Of a stretch of DNA of 64,000 nt, positions 8,834 through 18,715 are shown piece after piece (the stretch's first letter is position 1; each line of letters starts with the position of its first letter). Source of the stretch: Desulfobacterales bacterium (GTDB lineage: Bacteria; Desulfobacterota; Desulfobacteria; Desulfobacterales; UBA2174); assembly GCA_963668645.2 (NCBI GenBank), contig CAXXWC010000010.1:384001-448000 (forward strand), in the 5' to 3' direction. A program made the position numbers and the translations under genes. The notes under the pieces are model-generated. The model saw nothing but the letters and a program-made list of their open reading frames with translations, had not been told where the DNA came from and ran no database searches.

Positions 8834-8977
8834 GTGTCTGTCTGGAAACGGCATCTTCCGGCCCCTGGCGGCGTTCTGGCTCGTTTTCAATCCTCGAAAC
8901 AGCAGACGATGTCTCCGGTTGAAAACGCGCTCGGGCCTTGCCGGGAGCCAAGATCTGCCATTTCTGGACGGGCACTG
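8832..8977. repeat. 146-bp MITE-like dispersed repeat, copy A
   Basis: Imperfect terminal inverted repeats TAGTGTCTGTC...GACGGGCACTG; aligns end to end with the reverse complement of 35172-35317. Confidence 0.8.
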
Positions 8978-9093
8978 TTTAAAAAACCAACCAAGTGCGG
9001 CACGAAGCCGCAGCGACGACCGAAAAAGACTCAGGACTTGCAAGCTTTACTGCGGCAGACCGTTTGACCTCTTTTTGCCGCGGTTCGAAACGT

Positions 9094-9156
9094 GCGCCAC
9101 GAAGGTTCACCCCCCTTGCCCGGACGGGCAGGAGAACCGTCGTGGCGTTTTTGTTG
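9094..9156 (+). terminator. Leader attenuator/terminator hairpin (motif copy 2)
   Basis: GCGCCACGAAGGTTC...GAACCGTCGTGGCGT followed by TTTTGTT. Confidence 0.7.
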
Positions 9157-9233
9157 CAAGCCATCAGGTAAATGCTTTTCGCCAGGTGCAAGCCGAATCT
9201 GCCGGCACCCGCATGGCGGGGAAGGAATCGACC

Positions 9234-10382
9234 ATGGGTTTTTTGAATTTTTGGCGTCCGAACCGGTCCACAATCCGCCGCCCTTGGGTCTGGGCGGCAT
9301 GGATCCTCCTGCTCACGGGACCGGCCTGGGCCGCCGCCCCCCGCACGCTCACCGACGCCGCTGGCCGCAGCGTCACCGTTCCCGAAACGGTGGATCGGGT
9401 GATCTGCTCCGGGGCCGGGTGCCTGCGCCTGCTGACCTATCTCGGGGCCCAGGACCGCATCGTGGCCGTCGACAGTATCGAACTGCGAAACGAGGCGGTG
9501 GATGCCCGGCCCTATGCCATCGCCAATCCTCAATTCAAGAAGTACCCGCTCTTTGGGGAATTTCGCGGCCTGGACAATCCCGAACTTATCGCCGCCCTGA
9601 CGCCCCGACCCCAGGTGATCTTCAAGACCTATGCCAATCACGGCCCGGCCCCGGACCAGATTCAAGCCAAAACCGGAATCCCACTGGTGGTGCTGGAATA
9701 CGGCAACCTGACCTACGGCCGGGCCCAGCTCGACCAGGCCCTGCGGCTGATGGGACGAATAATGGGAAAAACCGACCGGGCCGAGACCGTGATCGCCTAT
9801 TTTGACGCCCTGGCAGAAGACCTGGACCGGCGCACCCGCGACCTGCCCCAAAATCGGCGCCCTTCGTGTTATATCGGCGGCATCGCCCAGGCCGGCCCCC
9901 ACGGATTCCAGTCCACCGAGCCGTCCTTCGCCCCCTTCGACCTCACCCGCGCCCGCAACGTGGCCGCCGGCATATCCAGTGCCGGCAAGCCGATCTCCTA
10001 TGCCAATGTCGCCAGGGAGCAGATCGTGGTATGGGACCCGGAGGTGATCTTTCTCGACGCTTCCACCCTGCGCCTGGACCCGGGCGCCAACGCCCTGGAC
10101 CAGTTGCGCCACGACCCGGCCTACCAGGCCCTCACGGCGGTCCACCGCGGCCGCGTCTACACCCTGTTCCCGTACAATTGCTACACCCAGAACTTCGAGG
10201 CCATCTTCGCCAACGCCTACTACGTCGGCAAGATGCTCTACCCGGAGCGTTTCGCCGATGTGGAGCCGCTGACCAAAGCCGAAGAGATCTGCACCTTCTT
10301 CAACGGGGCCCCGGCCTTTGAAATTATCAGGCAACAATTCGGGGGCCGCGTATTCATCCCCTTCCAGATAGGGGCCTTCTGA
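9234..10382 (+). CDS. Fe-siderophore/cobalamin-type ABC transporter substrate-binding protein
   Basis: Signal peptide AWA, 'LTDAAGRSVTVP..VDRVI', 'EQIVVWDPEVIF', 'AVHRGRVY', 'KMLYPERF'. Confidence 0.9.
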   Translation: MGFLNFWRPNRSTIRRPWVWAAWILLLTGPAWAAAPRTLTDAAGRSVTVPETVDRVICSGAGCLRLLTYLGAQDRIVAVDSIELRNEAVDARPYAIANPQFKKYPLFGEFRGLDNPELIAALTPRPQVIFKTYANHGPAPDQIQAKTGIPLVVLEYGNLTYGRAQLDQALRLMGRIMGKTDRAETVIAYFDALAEDLDRRTRDLPQNRRPSCYIGGIAQAGPHGFQSTEPSFAPFDLTRARNVAAGISSAGKPISYANVAREQIVVWDPEVIFLDASTLRLDPGANALDQLRHDPAYQALTAVHRGRVYTLFPYNCYTQNFEAIFANAYYVGKMLYPERFADVEPLTKAEEICTFFNGAPAFEIIRQQFGGRVFIPFQIGAF

Positions 10383-10383
10383 C

Positions 10384-11457
10384 ATGTCGCACCTGGACCA
10401 TGGCTCGATCCCGGCCGCCTACAGCGCCTATGTGGGCCGCAAGGTCTCTTTTTTGGTGGGGTTGGCTCTTCTCGGGATCGTCCTGCTGGTGATAGCCATC
10501 TGCTTTGGCGCGGTGCGCGTGCCGGCCGGACAGGTCCTGCGGGCCCTGGCCGGCCTGGAGACCGACCCGCGCTTTGAGATCATCATCCGCAGCATCCGCC
10601 TGCCCCACGCCCTGGCCGCCCTGCTGGCCGGCACCGGCCTGGCGGCCGCCGGAGCGGCCATGCAGTCGATCCTGCGCAACCCGCTCGGGTCTCCCTTCAC
10701 CCTGGGACTCTTCCAGGCCGGGGCCTTCGGGGCCGCCTTTGCCGTCATGGTCCTGGGCACCGGCACCATGCAATCCACCTCGGTGGGCGCGGTGACCATC
10801 GCCAATCCCTATCTGACCACCCTGGCGGCCTTTACCGCTTGCATGGGCACCTCCCTGGTGATCATCGCCATCGCCCGGCTGCGCGGCACCACTCCGGAGG
10901 TGATGGTCCTGAGCGGGGTGGCCCTGGCATCCCTCTTTTCGGCCGGCACCATGTTCCTGCAATACTTTGCCGACGACGTACAACTGGCCGCCATGGTGTT
11001 CTGGACCTTCGGGGATGTGGGCCGGGCCGGGTGGCGCGAGGTCGGCTTCATGGCACTGACCGTAGTGGCGGGCGTGGCCTTTTTTGCCTGCAACCGCTGG
11101 AACTACAACGCCATCGACGCCGGCGACGAAACGGCCCGCAGCCTGGGGGTACGGGTGGAGCGGGTGCGCATGCTCGGCATGATCATGGCCTCGCTGATCA
11201 CCGCCATCATCGTTTCTTTTCTGGGCGTGATCGGATTCGTGGGATTGATCTGCCCGCACATCGTAAGGCGTCTCATCGGCGACGACCACCGTTTCGTGCT
11301 GCCGGCCGCCAGCCTGAGCGGGGCCGTGCTGCTGCTCGCCTCGGACACGGTGGCCCGGCTCCTGCTGGCTCCCCATGTGCTGCCGGTAGCCGTGCTGACG
11401 GCATTTCTCGGGGCACCCACTTTTCTTTACCTGCTTATCCGGGGACGGTGGCGCTGA
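10384..11457 (+). CDS. FecCD/BtuC-family ABC permease
   Basis: 'IRLP', 'MQSILRNPLGSPFTLG', 'GDETARSLGV', 'IGFVGLICPH'. Confidence 0.93.
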   Translation: MSHLDHGSIPAAYSAYVGRKVSFLVGLALLGIVLLVIAICFGAVRVPAGQVLRALAGLETDPRFEIIIRSIRLPHALAALLAGTGLAAAGAAMQSILRNPLGSPFTLGLFQAGAFGAAFAVMVLGTGTMQSTSVGAVTIANPYLTTLAAFTACMGTSLVIIAIARLRGTTPEVMVLSGVALASLFSAGTMFLQYFADDVQLAAMVFWTFGDVGRAGWREVGFMALTVVAGVAFFACNRWNYNAIDAGDETARSLGVRVERVRMLGMIMASLITAIIVSFLGVIGFVGLICPHIVRRLIGDDHRFVLPAASLSGAVLLLASDTVARLLLAPHVLPVAVLTAFLGAPTFLYLLIRGRWR

Positions 11458-12224
11458 TGCTGTCGGTACAAGACATCCGTGTAGGCTACAACGGTTCGGG
11501 CCTGGTCCTCGAAGACCTGGGGTTTACCCTCAGGGCCGGGGAGGCCCTGGCCATTCTGGGCCCCAACGGGGTGGGCAAGACGACCCTGCTGCGCTGCATC
11601 AACGCCATGATCAAACCCCAGGCCGGCAGCGTCAAGATCGAAAATGAGGATGTCTTTGCCATGCGCAGCGGCCAGATCGCCCGGCGCCTGGGCTACGTGG
11701 CCCAGCACAGCCAGCCCGGCCGCATGACCACCTTCGACGCAGTGCTGCTGGGCCGCAAACCCCACATGGGCTGGAAGGTCGGCCGCGAGGATCTGCACAA
11801 GGTGGCGGCCGTCCTGCACCAGCTCGGTCTCGAGCACCTGGCCCTGCGCGACATCAACGCCATGAGCGGCGGCGAGCTGCAAAAGGTCTGCGTCGCCCGG
11901 GCCCTGGTCCAGGAACCGCGGGTCCTGCTTTTGGACGAGCCCACCAGCAGCCTGGATCTGAAAAACCAGCTCGACATCCTGGGGACCATCCACCGGGTGG
12001 TCAGGGAACACGAACTGGCCGCGGTGATGACCATGCACGATCTCAACCTGGCCCTGCGCTTCGTGGATCGGTTCTTGTTCATCAAACAGGGAAAGGTCTT
12101 CGCCTGGGGGCGGCCCGAGCAGATCAGCGCCGAGATGGTGGCCGCGGTCTACGGCGTGCAGGTGGACATCCTGCACCACGGCGGGCAGGTGGTGGTGGTG
12201 CCCAACGATAAAAACGGCCAATGA
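11457..12224 (+). CDS. FecE/BtuD-type ABC ATPase
   Basis: GPNGVGKT, MSGGELQ, LLLDEPT, MHDLN; TGATG coupling with the permease. Confidence 0.93.
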   Translation: MLSVQDIRVGYNGSGLVLEDLGFTLRAGEALAILGPNGVGKTTLLRCINAMIKPQAGSVKIENEDVFAMRSGQIARRLGYVAQHSQPGRMTTFDAVLLGRKPHMGWKVGREDLHKVAAVLHQLGLEHLALRDINAMSGGELQKVCVARALVQEPRVLLLDEPTSSLDLKNQLDILGTIHRVVREHELAAVMTMHDLNLALRFVDRFLFIKQGKVFAWGRPEQISAEMVAAVYGVQVDILHHGGQVVVVPNDKNGQ

Positions 12225-12263
12225 CGTTACACCCGACTGCAACGATATGGAACGGAGGCTTGT

Positions 12264-12878
12264 ATGACCGCCCAAGAAGTGTTGAACCGCGAGGATTTCA
12301 AGCGCTGTCTGGAATTTCACGGCCACCTGTGCCCGGGGGTATCCATCGGCTACCGGGCCGCCCGGGCCGCCATGGACCGGTTGGCAGCCCAGCGCGCCGA
12401 GGACGAAGAGGTGGTGGCCGTGGTGGAAACCGACGCCTGTTCGGCCGACGCGATCCAGGTGCTTACCGGATGCACCTTCGGCAAGGGCAACTTCATCTAC
12501 CGCGACTACGGCAAGATGGTCCTGACCCTGTTGAGCCGCCAGACGGGCAACGGCGTGCGCGTGGCCATGAAACCGGGCGCCTTCGCCCCGGATCCCGAGC
12601 ACCTGGCCCTGATCGGGAAGGTCACCCGCGGCGAGGCCGACGCCGCCGAACGGGAGCGTTTCGACCAGCGCCACCGCCAGCGTAGCCACGAAATCCTGGA
12701 AATGCCGGTCGAGGCCCTGTTCAAAATCGAATCGGTTGTAGTGGAGCTGCCGCCCAAGGCCCGTATCGCCGGAAGCGAACCGTGCGCCCGGTGCGGCGAG
12801 CCCACCATGGCCACCAAGATGGAAGAACGGGACGGGCAAAAGTTTTGCCGCGATTGTGCCGGCCGCACGCCCGGTTGA
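12264..12878 (+). CDS. fmdE: FmdE-family protein with C-terminal Zn finger
   Basis: 'FHGHLCPG', 'ETDACSADAIQVLTGCTFGKGN', CxxC...CxxC. Confidence 0.9.
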   Translation: MTAQEVLNREDFKRCLEFHGHLCPGVSIGYRAARAAMDRLAAQRAEDEEVVAVVETDACSADAIQVLTGCTFGKGNFIYRDYGKMVLTLLSRQTGNGVRVAMKPGAFAPDPEHLALIGKVTRGEADAAERERFDQRHRQRSHEILEMPVEALFKIESVVVELPPKARIAGSEPCARCGEPTMATKMEERDGQKFCRDCAGRTPG

Positions 12879-12964
12879 CCGCTCCAGCCGTTTTTCTGCC
12901 GGGGCGGGATCGATCCCCGCCCCGGTTCGTTAAAACCGCCTTTTTCAAAGTGAGGTTGGATGCC

Positions 12965-13522
12965 ATGAACGCCCCATCTCAAGAGCACCCTTTGACCATT
13001 CACCCGCTGGGCGTGGTGCACAGCCAAATCAAAACGCCGATGCTGACGGCCACCGACAACGGGTTGACCCTCAACGAACGCAAAGACAAAATCCGCCAGG
13101 CCATCCGCAAGGTACGATCGGCCGAGGCCGAACTGGTCATCGACCCCGCACTGGGAGAAGAAATTTTACAAGGGGTGGAGGACTTTTCCCATATTCTGGT
13201 CCTCTACTGGCCCCATCTGCTGCCGGAAGAAAGGCGCCGGTTGCGCCAGGTCCATCCCATGGGACGCAGCGACCTGCCGCGCCAGGGTATTTTCGCCACC
13301 TGCAGCCCGGCCCGGCCCAACCCGGTCCTGGTTTCGGCGGTGCGGCTGCTGGAACGCCGGGCCAACGTCCTGCGGGTCCGGGGCCTGGATGCGGTGGACG
13401 GCAGCCTGATCGTGGACATCAAGCCCTACGTGCATCATTCAATGGCGCTGGAAGGAACCGCCGTGCCCGAATGGATGGACCGGATCCACCGGGAGCTGGA
13501 AGAAGATACCGGGGCCCCATGA
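12965..13522 (+). CDS. TsaA/TrmO (YaeB)-like SAM-binding protein
   Basis: 'FSHILVLYW.H', 'GIFATCSPARPNP', 'GLDAVDG..IVDIKPY'. Confidence 0.88.
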   Translation: MNAPSQEHPLTIHPLGVVHSQIKTPMLTATDNGLTLNERKDKIRQAIRKVRSAEAELVIDPALGEEILQGVEDFSHILVLYWPHLLPEERRRLRQVHPMGRSDLPRQGIFATCSPARPNPVLVSAVRLLERRANVLRVRGLDAVDGSLIVDIKPYVHHSMALEGTAVPEWMDRIHRELEEDTGAP

Positions 13523-14400
13523 CCGACACCGCTACCTGCAACACCGATCCTCGTCCCCCGGCCCCGGAGGCCGTAGACTGGAACACGGTCTGGCGCCGTC
13601 AGATCCGGCTGCGAAAGGAAAACGGGGCGCGCGAATGCGCCGCCCTGTGGCAGCGGCCCGAACATGCCCGGCGCTACCTGGAGGCGATGCAGGCCAACAA
13701 TCCCGAATACTATGAACACACCATAGGGGCCATATCCCTCGAGCCGCATTTCAACGTCCTGGACATCGGTACCGGCCCCGGTACCATGACCCTGCCCATG
13801 GCCCGGCGGGCGGCCCACATCACCGCGGTGGAGCCGGCGGCCGGGATGGCCGATCTGCTCGAGGACCGCTGCCGCACCGAGAAGGTCGCCAACGTGCACT
13901 GTCTTCGCAAACGGTGGGAAGACCTGGATCCTGCGGCTGACCTGCAAGGCCCCTATGACGTGGTGGTGGCCGCCTTTTCCCTGGGCATGGAAGACCTGGC
14001 CGCGGCCATCGCAAAGATGAACCGGATATCTACCGGCACGGTCTATCTGTTCTGGTTCGCCGGGACCAGCACCTGGGAACGGCTTTACCGGGATTTATGG
14101 CCCCAACTGCACGGCCGTCCCTACCATCCCGGCCCCAAGGCGGACGTGATCTACAATCTGCTCTACCGGATGGGCATCTACCCGGACATGACGGTATTCC
14201 CCTTCCGTTCGCGCCTGCACTTTGCCACCTTCGATCAGGCCCTCGAAGAGTTCGGCCACCGGCTGGGGGTGGCCGATCCCCGGACCGCGCAGCCCCTGCG
14301 CGCCTTTCTCGAAACTCAACTGCAAAACGACGGCAGCGGTCTTGTACTGCCCCACCAAGCCACCTGCGTACGCTTTCGCTGGCCGGCGGCCGGGCGTTGA
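13519..14400 (+). CDS. Class I SAM-dependent methyltransferase
   Basis: 'VLDIGTGPG', 'ITAVEP', 'YDVVVA'. Confidence 0.85.
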   Translation: MTDTATCNTDPRPPAPEAVDWNTVWRRQIRLRKENGARECAALWQRPEHARRYLEAMQANNPEYYEHTIGAISLEPHFNVLDIGTGPGTMTLPMARRAAHITAVEPAAGMADLLEDRCRTEKVANVHCLRKRWEDLDPAADLQGPYDVVVAAFSLGMEDLAAAIAKMNRISTGTVYLFWFAGTSTWERLYRDLWPQLHGRPYHPGPKADVIYNLLYRMGIYPDMTVFPFRSRLHFATFDQALEEFGHRLGVADPRTAQPLRAFLETQLQNDGSGLVLPHQATCVRFRWPAAGR

Positions 14401-14482
14401 GACTCCCTTGCGCCGCTGACTAGGGTCGATTGGGGGTTGTGCGAACGACCCAACCCAGCGGAAAAATTGTTTGCACTCAACA

Positions 14483-14510
14483 GCAACACATGTTACACAA
14501 CAACCGTTGC
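14483..14510. promoter_or_regulatory. Tandem 14-bp palindromic operators upstream of TetR
   Basis: GCAACACATGTTAC + ACAACAACCGTTGC; consensus RCAACANNYGTTRY shared with 15184-15211. Confidence 0.7.
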
Positions 14511-14557
14511 TGATTGTGTCCCAAGCCGCTCCCCAACCTTCCCCCAGCAGGTGACCG

Positions 14558-15163
14558 ATGCCGCCAAAACAACGATTCTGCGCCGCGGATGTGGCCGACG
14601 CCGCCTTTGCCGTCGTGCGCCGCAGCGGTTGGAAAGGGCTCTCGGCGCGCACCATCGCCACCGAGTTAAACGCTTCGACCCGCCCGATCTACGACCATCT
14701 GCGATCGATGCAGGCCATCGAGGAGGAGGTGGTGCACCGCGTGCTGAACATGTTCTTCGAGTATCTGAGCACCCCGGCCACCGGAGACCGGTGGCTCGAC
14801 CAGGCCCTGGGGTATCTTCGCTTCGCCCGCGAGGAGAAGCATCTTTTCCGCTGCATCAACGACGAGCAGCACATCCAGATCCAAAAGAAGCTCACCCGCC
14901 CGATGTGGCAGGCACTCGGCCAACAACTCGACGAGGATCCGCGCTTTGCCGACCTGGCGCCCGCATTGAAAAACCACATCCGCAAGGTGCGCTGGTTTTT
15001 CCTCCACGGCATGGCGCACCTGGTCAACACCGGATGGTTTGCCATTGCCGAAGACGACGCCGAGGCGGCCGCCGCAACGGTCGAAACGCTCACGCAGGAG
15101 TTCTTGCAGGACGTCAACGCAGTGATCTACGAAGGATTCGCGGGCCGAAAAAAGGTGGAGTAG
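14558..15163 (+). CDS. TetR/AcrR-family regulator
   Basis: 'MPPK.RF', 'LSARTIATELNASTRPIY' HTH, 'YLRFAREEKHLF'. Confidence 0.88.
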   Translation: MPPKQRFCAADVADAAFAVVRRSGWKGLSARTIATELNASTRPIYDHLRSMQAIEEEVVHRVLNMFFEYLSTPATGDRWLDQALGYLRFAREEKHLFRCINDEQHIQIQKKLTRPMWQALGQQLDEDPRFADLAPALKNHIRKVRWFFLHGMAHLVNTGWFAIAEDDAEAAAATVETLTQEFLQDVNAVIYEGFAGRKKVE

Positions 15164-15183
15164 CCATTTTTTTCGGCAAATAA

Positions 15184-15211
15184 ACAACAACTGTTGTGCA
15201 ACAAGCGTTGT
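15184..15211. promoter_or_regulatory. Tandem 14-bp palindromic operators upstream of the methyltransferase/ABC operon
   Basis: ACAACAACTGTTGT + GCAACAAGCGTTGT. Confidence 0.7.
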
Positions 15212-15215
15212 CCCC

Positions 15216-16085
15216 ATGCTCCCGCAATGCCAAAGCATCACCGCCGAGCATAACGCCGCCTTGCGGGCCATCGAAGCGTTGCGTGCGCCCGCCGAAAGGC
15301 TTTGCTTCGATCCGTGGGCGCGCTTCTTCGTGCCCCCGCGCCTGGCCGCGGCCGTGGCGTCCATCCACAGAGGCCGGCAGCTTATCGAGCGCTGGGAAAC
15401 CGTGGTGCCAGGGGTCTGCGGGGCGATCCTGGCCCGAACCGCATTCATCGACGCCTGCCTCAATCGGGCTCTTGGCCGCGGCATCGAGCAACTGGTCATC
15501 CTCGGGGCCGGATTCGATACCCGCGCCTTGCGCTTCGCGCCCTTTGCCGCCGGTGTGCGCGTCTTCGAGCTGGATCATCCGGCCACCCAGGCCGTCAAAA
15601 TCGCCCGGCTGAGCCGGGTTTGCCGGCCGCTTCCAGACCACATCCACTTTATCCCGATCCGGTTCGAGACCGAGGATGCGGGCGCCAAACTGCTGGCCCA
15701 GGGCTACGACCCGAAACGGCGCACCTTCTTCATTTGGGAGGGGGTGACCTACTATCTCGGCGCGGCGGCGGTGGATGCGCTTTTCGGTTTTATCGCCAAC
15801 CACGGGCCCGCGGGCAGTCGGCTGGTCTTTGACTATCTGGACCCTGCGGTCATCGAGGGCACCTGTGCGCGGCCCGAAGCGGCCGGCTTGCGCCTCAGCC
15901 TGGCCCGCTTCGGTGAAGCGTTGCGATTCGGCATCCGGCCGGCAAGTCTCGGCGACTTCCTGCAGCAGCGCCGATTCACCCTTGTCGCGCAGATGCGAAG
16001 CGACCGCTATAGTCCGCGGCGCGGTTGCTCACCGTTGTTTTTCTTCGTCCAGGCCAAAATCACGGGTACACCGCGCCGCGTGTAA
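15216..16085 (+). CDS. LCM/YktD-type SAM-dependent methyltransferase
   Basis: 'DPWA..F', 'RTAFID', 'QLVILGAGFDTRA', 'FELDHPATQ', 'WEGVTYYL'. Confidence 0.9.
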   Translation: MLPQCQSITAEHNAALRAIEALRAPAERLCFDPWARFFVPPRLAAAVASIHRGRQLIERWETVVPGVCGAILARTAFIDACLNRALGRGIEQLVILGAGFDTRALRFAPFAAGVRVFELDHPATQAVKIARLSRVCRPLPDHIHFIPIRFETEDAGAKLLAQGYDPKRRTFFIWEGVTYYLGAAAVDALFGFIANHGPAGSRLVFDYLDPAVIEGTCARPEAAGLRLSLARFGEALRFGIRPASLGDFLQQRRFTLVAQMRSDRYSPRRGCSPLFFFVQAKITGTPRRV

Positions 16086-16138
16086 ACACGGTTCCGGCCG
16101 CTGGACGCTCAACCGCCAACGCCGAAAGGAGAAGCTCC

Positions 16139-17692
16139 ATGGGTGATCCGAAAAGACCGAATCGAAGAAGGGCTGCGGCCGTGCATCGATCCGTTTGCAT
16201 CTGTCTCGTCCTGGCGCTGTTGACCGCCAGCGCTTGCATGGCCGCGTCGGGTGAGGGGCTGTCCGGGCGTATCCTGACCTTCGGGGTCGAAAACGAGTTC
16301 GGCGGCTTCGATGCGCTCAAAGCCGCCGGGTTTGCCATCTGTGACGCCATCGCCTTGCACACGATCTGCGAGCGGCTCTTTGACATGGACGCCGACGGCC
16401 GCCTCGTGCCGGTTCTGGGGCTTTCGGCCGAGACCAGTCCCGACGGCCGGATCTGGACCATCCGGCTGCGCCAGGACGTGGTCTTTCATGACGGCACGCC
16501 CTTTAACGCCGAGGCCGTCACGGCCCACTGGAAACGGATGATCACCCCGGAAAACCGTTATCGCGACCGGGCCCTGATGGACGTGATCGAGGCGGTCGAA
16601 GCGGTCGATGCCTTCACGGTGCGCTTCCGCCTGAGCCATGCCTGGCTGCCGTTCGCCGGCCTGCTGTGCAACCCGCGCACCCTGACCGCCTACATCCCCT
16701 CGCCGGCCGCCATGGACGCCGATCGCCAGTTGCGCGCCCCAGTGGGAACCGGCCCCTTCATGTTCAAAGAGTGGGTTTCCGGAGATCGTTTCGTGGTGGT
16801 GCGCAACCCTCACTACTGGCAGGCGGATCGCCCCCGGCTTGACGCCATCGTCTTCAGGCCGGTGCCCGACGAGCAGACCCGCTACGCCAGCCTGGCGGCT
16901 GGCGATCTCGACCTGATCTGGACCGACCGCGGCCAGCTCATCGAAAAGGCCGCCGCCGATCCGGCCATCCGCCATTATCAGGGCGAGGGCAACGGGGCTG
17001 AGATCATCATCTTCAACACCGCCGTTGCGCCCTTCGACGACGTCCGCGTGCGCCAGGCGCTGGCCCACGCCTGGAACCAGCCGCTTTACGTACATCTGAA
17101 CTACAAGGACTGCATCCCCGCCGTCGAGCATCCCCTGGGCGCGGGAGCCTGCAGCCAAACCGGCTATCGCGGTGTCGACCTGGACGCCGCCCGGCGGCTG
17201 ATCGCCGCCGTCGGCCGGCCGATCGACTTCGAATGTCTCCACTCCAACAGCCAGCGCGGCCGCGAAATCGGTGAAATCATGCAACAGTTCTTCCAGCCTT
17301 TGGGCGTGACGGTACGGCCTCTGGGGCTGAGCTTCGGCGCGGTGATCAAGAAAGTCGTCACCGGCGACTACCAGGCCTCGACTTGGCGCATCCCGCCGAG
17401 TCTCGACTGCGGCCCCCACCTCTACCTCACGTTCCACTCCAAAAGCCGGCGCAACTGGAGCCATTACCACAACCCGCAGATGGACCGGCTTCTGGAAGAC
17501 CAGCGCCGCGAGAGCGACCCGGTCCGACGGGCGGCCCTTTTGTGCGATGTGGCCGCGCTGATCAACCGCGACGTGCCGATCCTCTACCGCGGCGGCAAAC
17601 GCTTCCACGTGCTGGCGGCCGCCAAGGTCAAGGGCATCGATCCGATCCGTCACGGCATCCCCGATCTGGGCGCCGCCTGGATCGAGGATTGA
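16139..17692 (+). CDS. Peptide/nickel ABC substrate-binding protein (family 5)
   Basis: 'LRQDVVFHDGTPFNAEAV', 'PVGTGPF', 'RNPHYW', 'PFDDVRVRQAL'. Confidence 0.92.
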   Translation: MGDPKRPNRRRAAAVHRSVCICLVLALLTASACMAASGEGLSGRILTFGVENEFGGFDALKAAGFAICDAIALHTICERLFDMDADGRLVPVLGLSAETSPDGRIWTIRLRQDVVFHDGTPFNAEAVTAHWKRMITPENRYRDRALMDVIEAVEAVDAFTVRFRLSHAWLPFAGLLCNPRTLTAYIPSPAAMDADRQLRAPVGTGPFMFKEWVSGDRFVVVRNPHYWQADRPRLDAIVFRPVPDEQTRYASLAAGDLDLIWTDRGQLIEKAAADPAIRHYQGEGNGAEIIIFNTAVAPFDDVRVRQALAHAWNQPLYVHLNYKDCIPAVEHPLGAGACSQTGYRGVDLDAARRLIAAVGRPIDFECLHSNSQRGREIGEIMQQFFQPLGVTVRPLGLSFGAVIKKVVTGDYQASTWRIPPSLDCGPHLYLTFHSKSRRNWSHYHNPQMDRLLEDQRRESDPVRRAALLCDVAALINRDVPILYRGGKRFHVLAAAKVKGIDPIRHGIPDLGAAWIED

Positions 17693-17758
17693 AAAAAGGC
17701 TGGCAAGATTGCCCTTGATGCCGGATGATGGGGGCCATCCCAACTTCAGGAAAAGATC

Positions 17759-18715
17759 ATGACGACGATCGAGGCAAAATGTCTCCGCCTGGCACTGGTG
17801 CTGCTGGCGGTCACCGCCGTCACCTTCTTCATGGTCGACCGGCTGCCGGGTGATGCGGCCTGTCTGATCGGCGGCGAGATCGCCGGCGCCGATCAGATCG
17901 CAGCCATCCGTGCCGAACTGGGGCTGGACCGGCCCGTGGTCCGGCGGTATCTCGAATGGCTGGCCGCCGTGCTGCGGGGCCATCTGGGGGTTTCCTACCT
18001 CACCGGTGAGCCGGTAGCCGAAACGATCGGTGCCCGGTTGCCCGTTACCCTCGAACTGATCCTCGTGTCCCAGGCCATGGCCCTTTTCCTGGCGCTTCCG
18101 GCCGGCATCGTCAGCGCCTATCGCTGCAACACCGGCATGGACCGCGGCATCAACGCCGTGGCCTTCGCCAGTTTTTCCGTTCCCGGCTTCGTCATGGCAA
18201 TGGTGACGATCTACGTTTTTGCCATCCGCCTCGACTGGCTGCCGGCCACCGGCTATACGCCTCTTGTGCGCAACCCCTGGGCCAACCTCCAATCCTTCGT
18301 GCTGCCCGGTCTGAGCATCGCCCTGGTCGAATGGGTGGTGCTGATGCGCGTGTTGCGCAGCGATATGATCGGCACCCTGCAGCAGGACTTTATCCTCATG
18401 GCCCGCGCCAAGGGCCTGCCGCCCTGGAAGGTGCTCCTGCAGCACGCCTTGCGCCCGTCCTGCTTTACCCTGATTACGATCCTGGGTCTGCAGATCGGCC
18501 GCCTTCTCGGCGAAGCGGTGGTCGTGGAGACGATCTTCGCCCTGCCCGGCATCGGCCGGCTGCTCATCGACGCTGTCTACGCGCGCGACGTTCTGGTGGT
18601 GCAGGGGTGTGTTCTGGTGATCACGGTCGGCTACGTACTGGTCAACACCGGTGTCGATCTGCTTTACGGCATCCTCGATCCCCGGCTCCGACGCCGGACT
18701 GCCGATGGCCGCTAA
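17759..18715 (+). CDS. DppB/OppB-type permease
   Basis: 'LPGD', 'LGLDRP', 'ARAKGL', 'VETIFALPGIG', 'LDPR'. Confidence 0.92.
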   Translation: MTTIEAKCLRLALVLLAVTAVTFFMVDRLPGDAACLIGGEIAGADQIAAIRAELGLDRPVVRRYLEWLAAVLRGHLGVSYLTGEPVAETIGARLPVTLELILVSQAMALFLALPAGIVSAYRCNTGMDRGINAVAFASFSVPGFVMAMVTIYVFAIRLDWLPATGYTPLVRNPWANLQSFVLPGLSIALVEWVVLMRVLRSDMIGTLQQDFILMARAKGLPPWKVLLQHALRPSCFTLITILGLQIGRLLGEAVVVETIFALPGIGRLLIDAVYARDVLVVQGCVLVITVGYVLVNTGVDLLYGILDPRLRRRTADGR

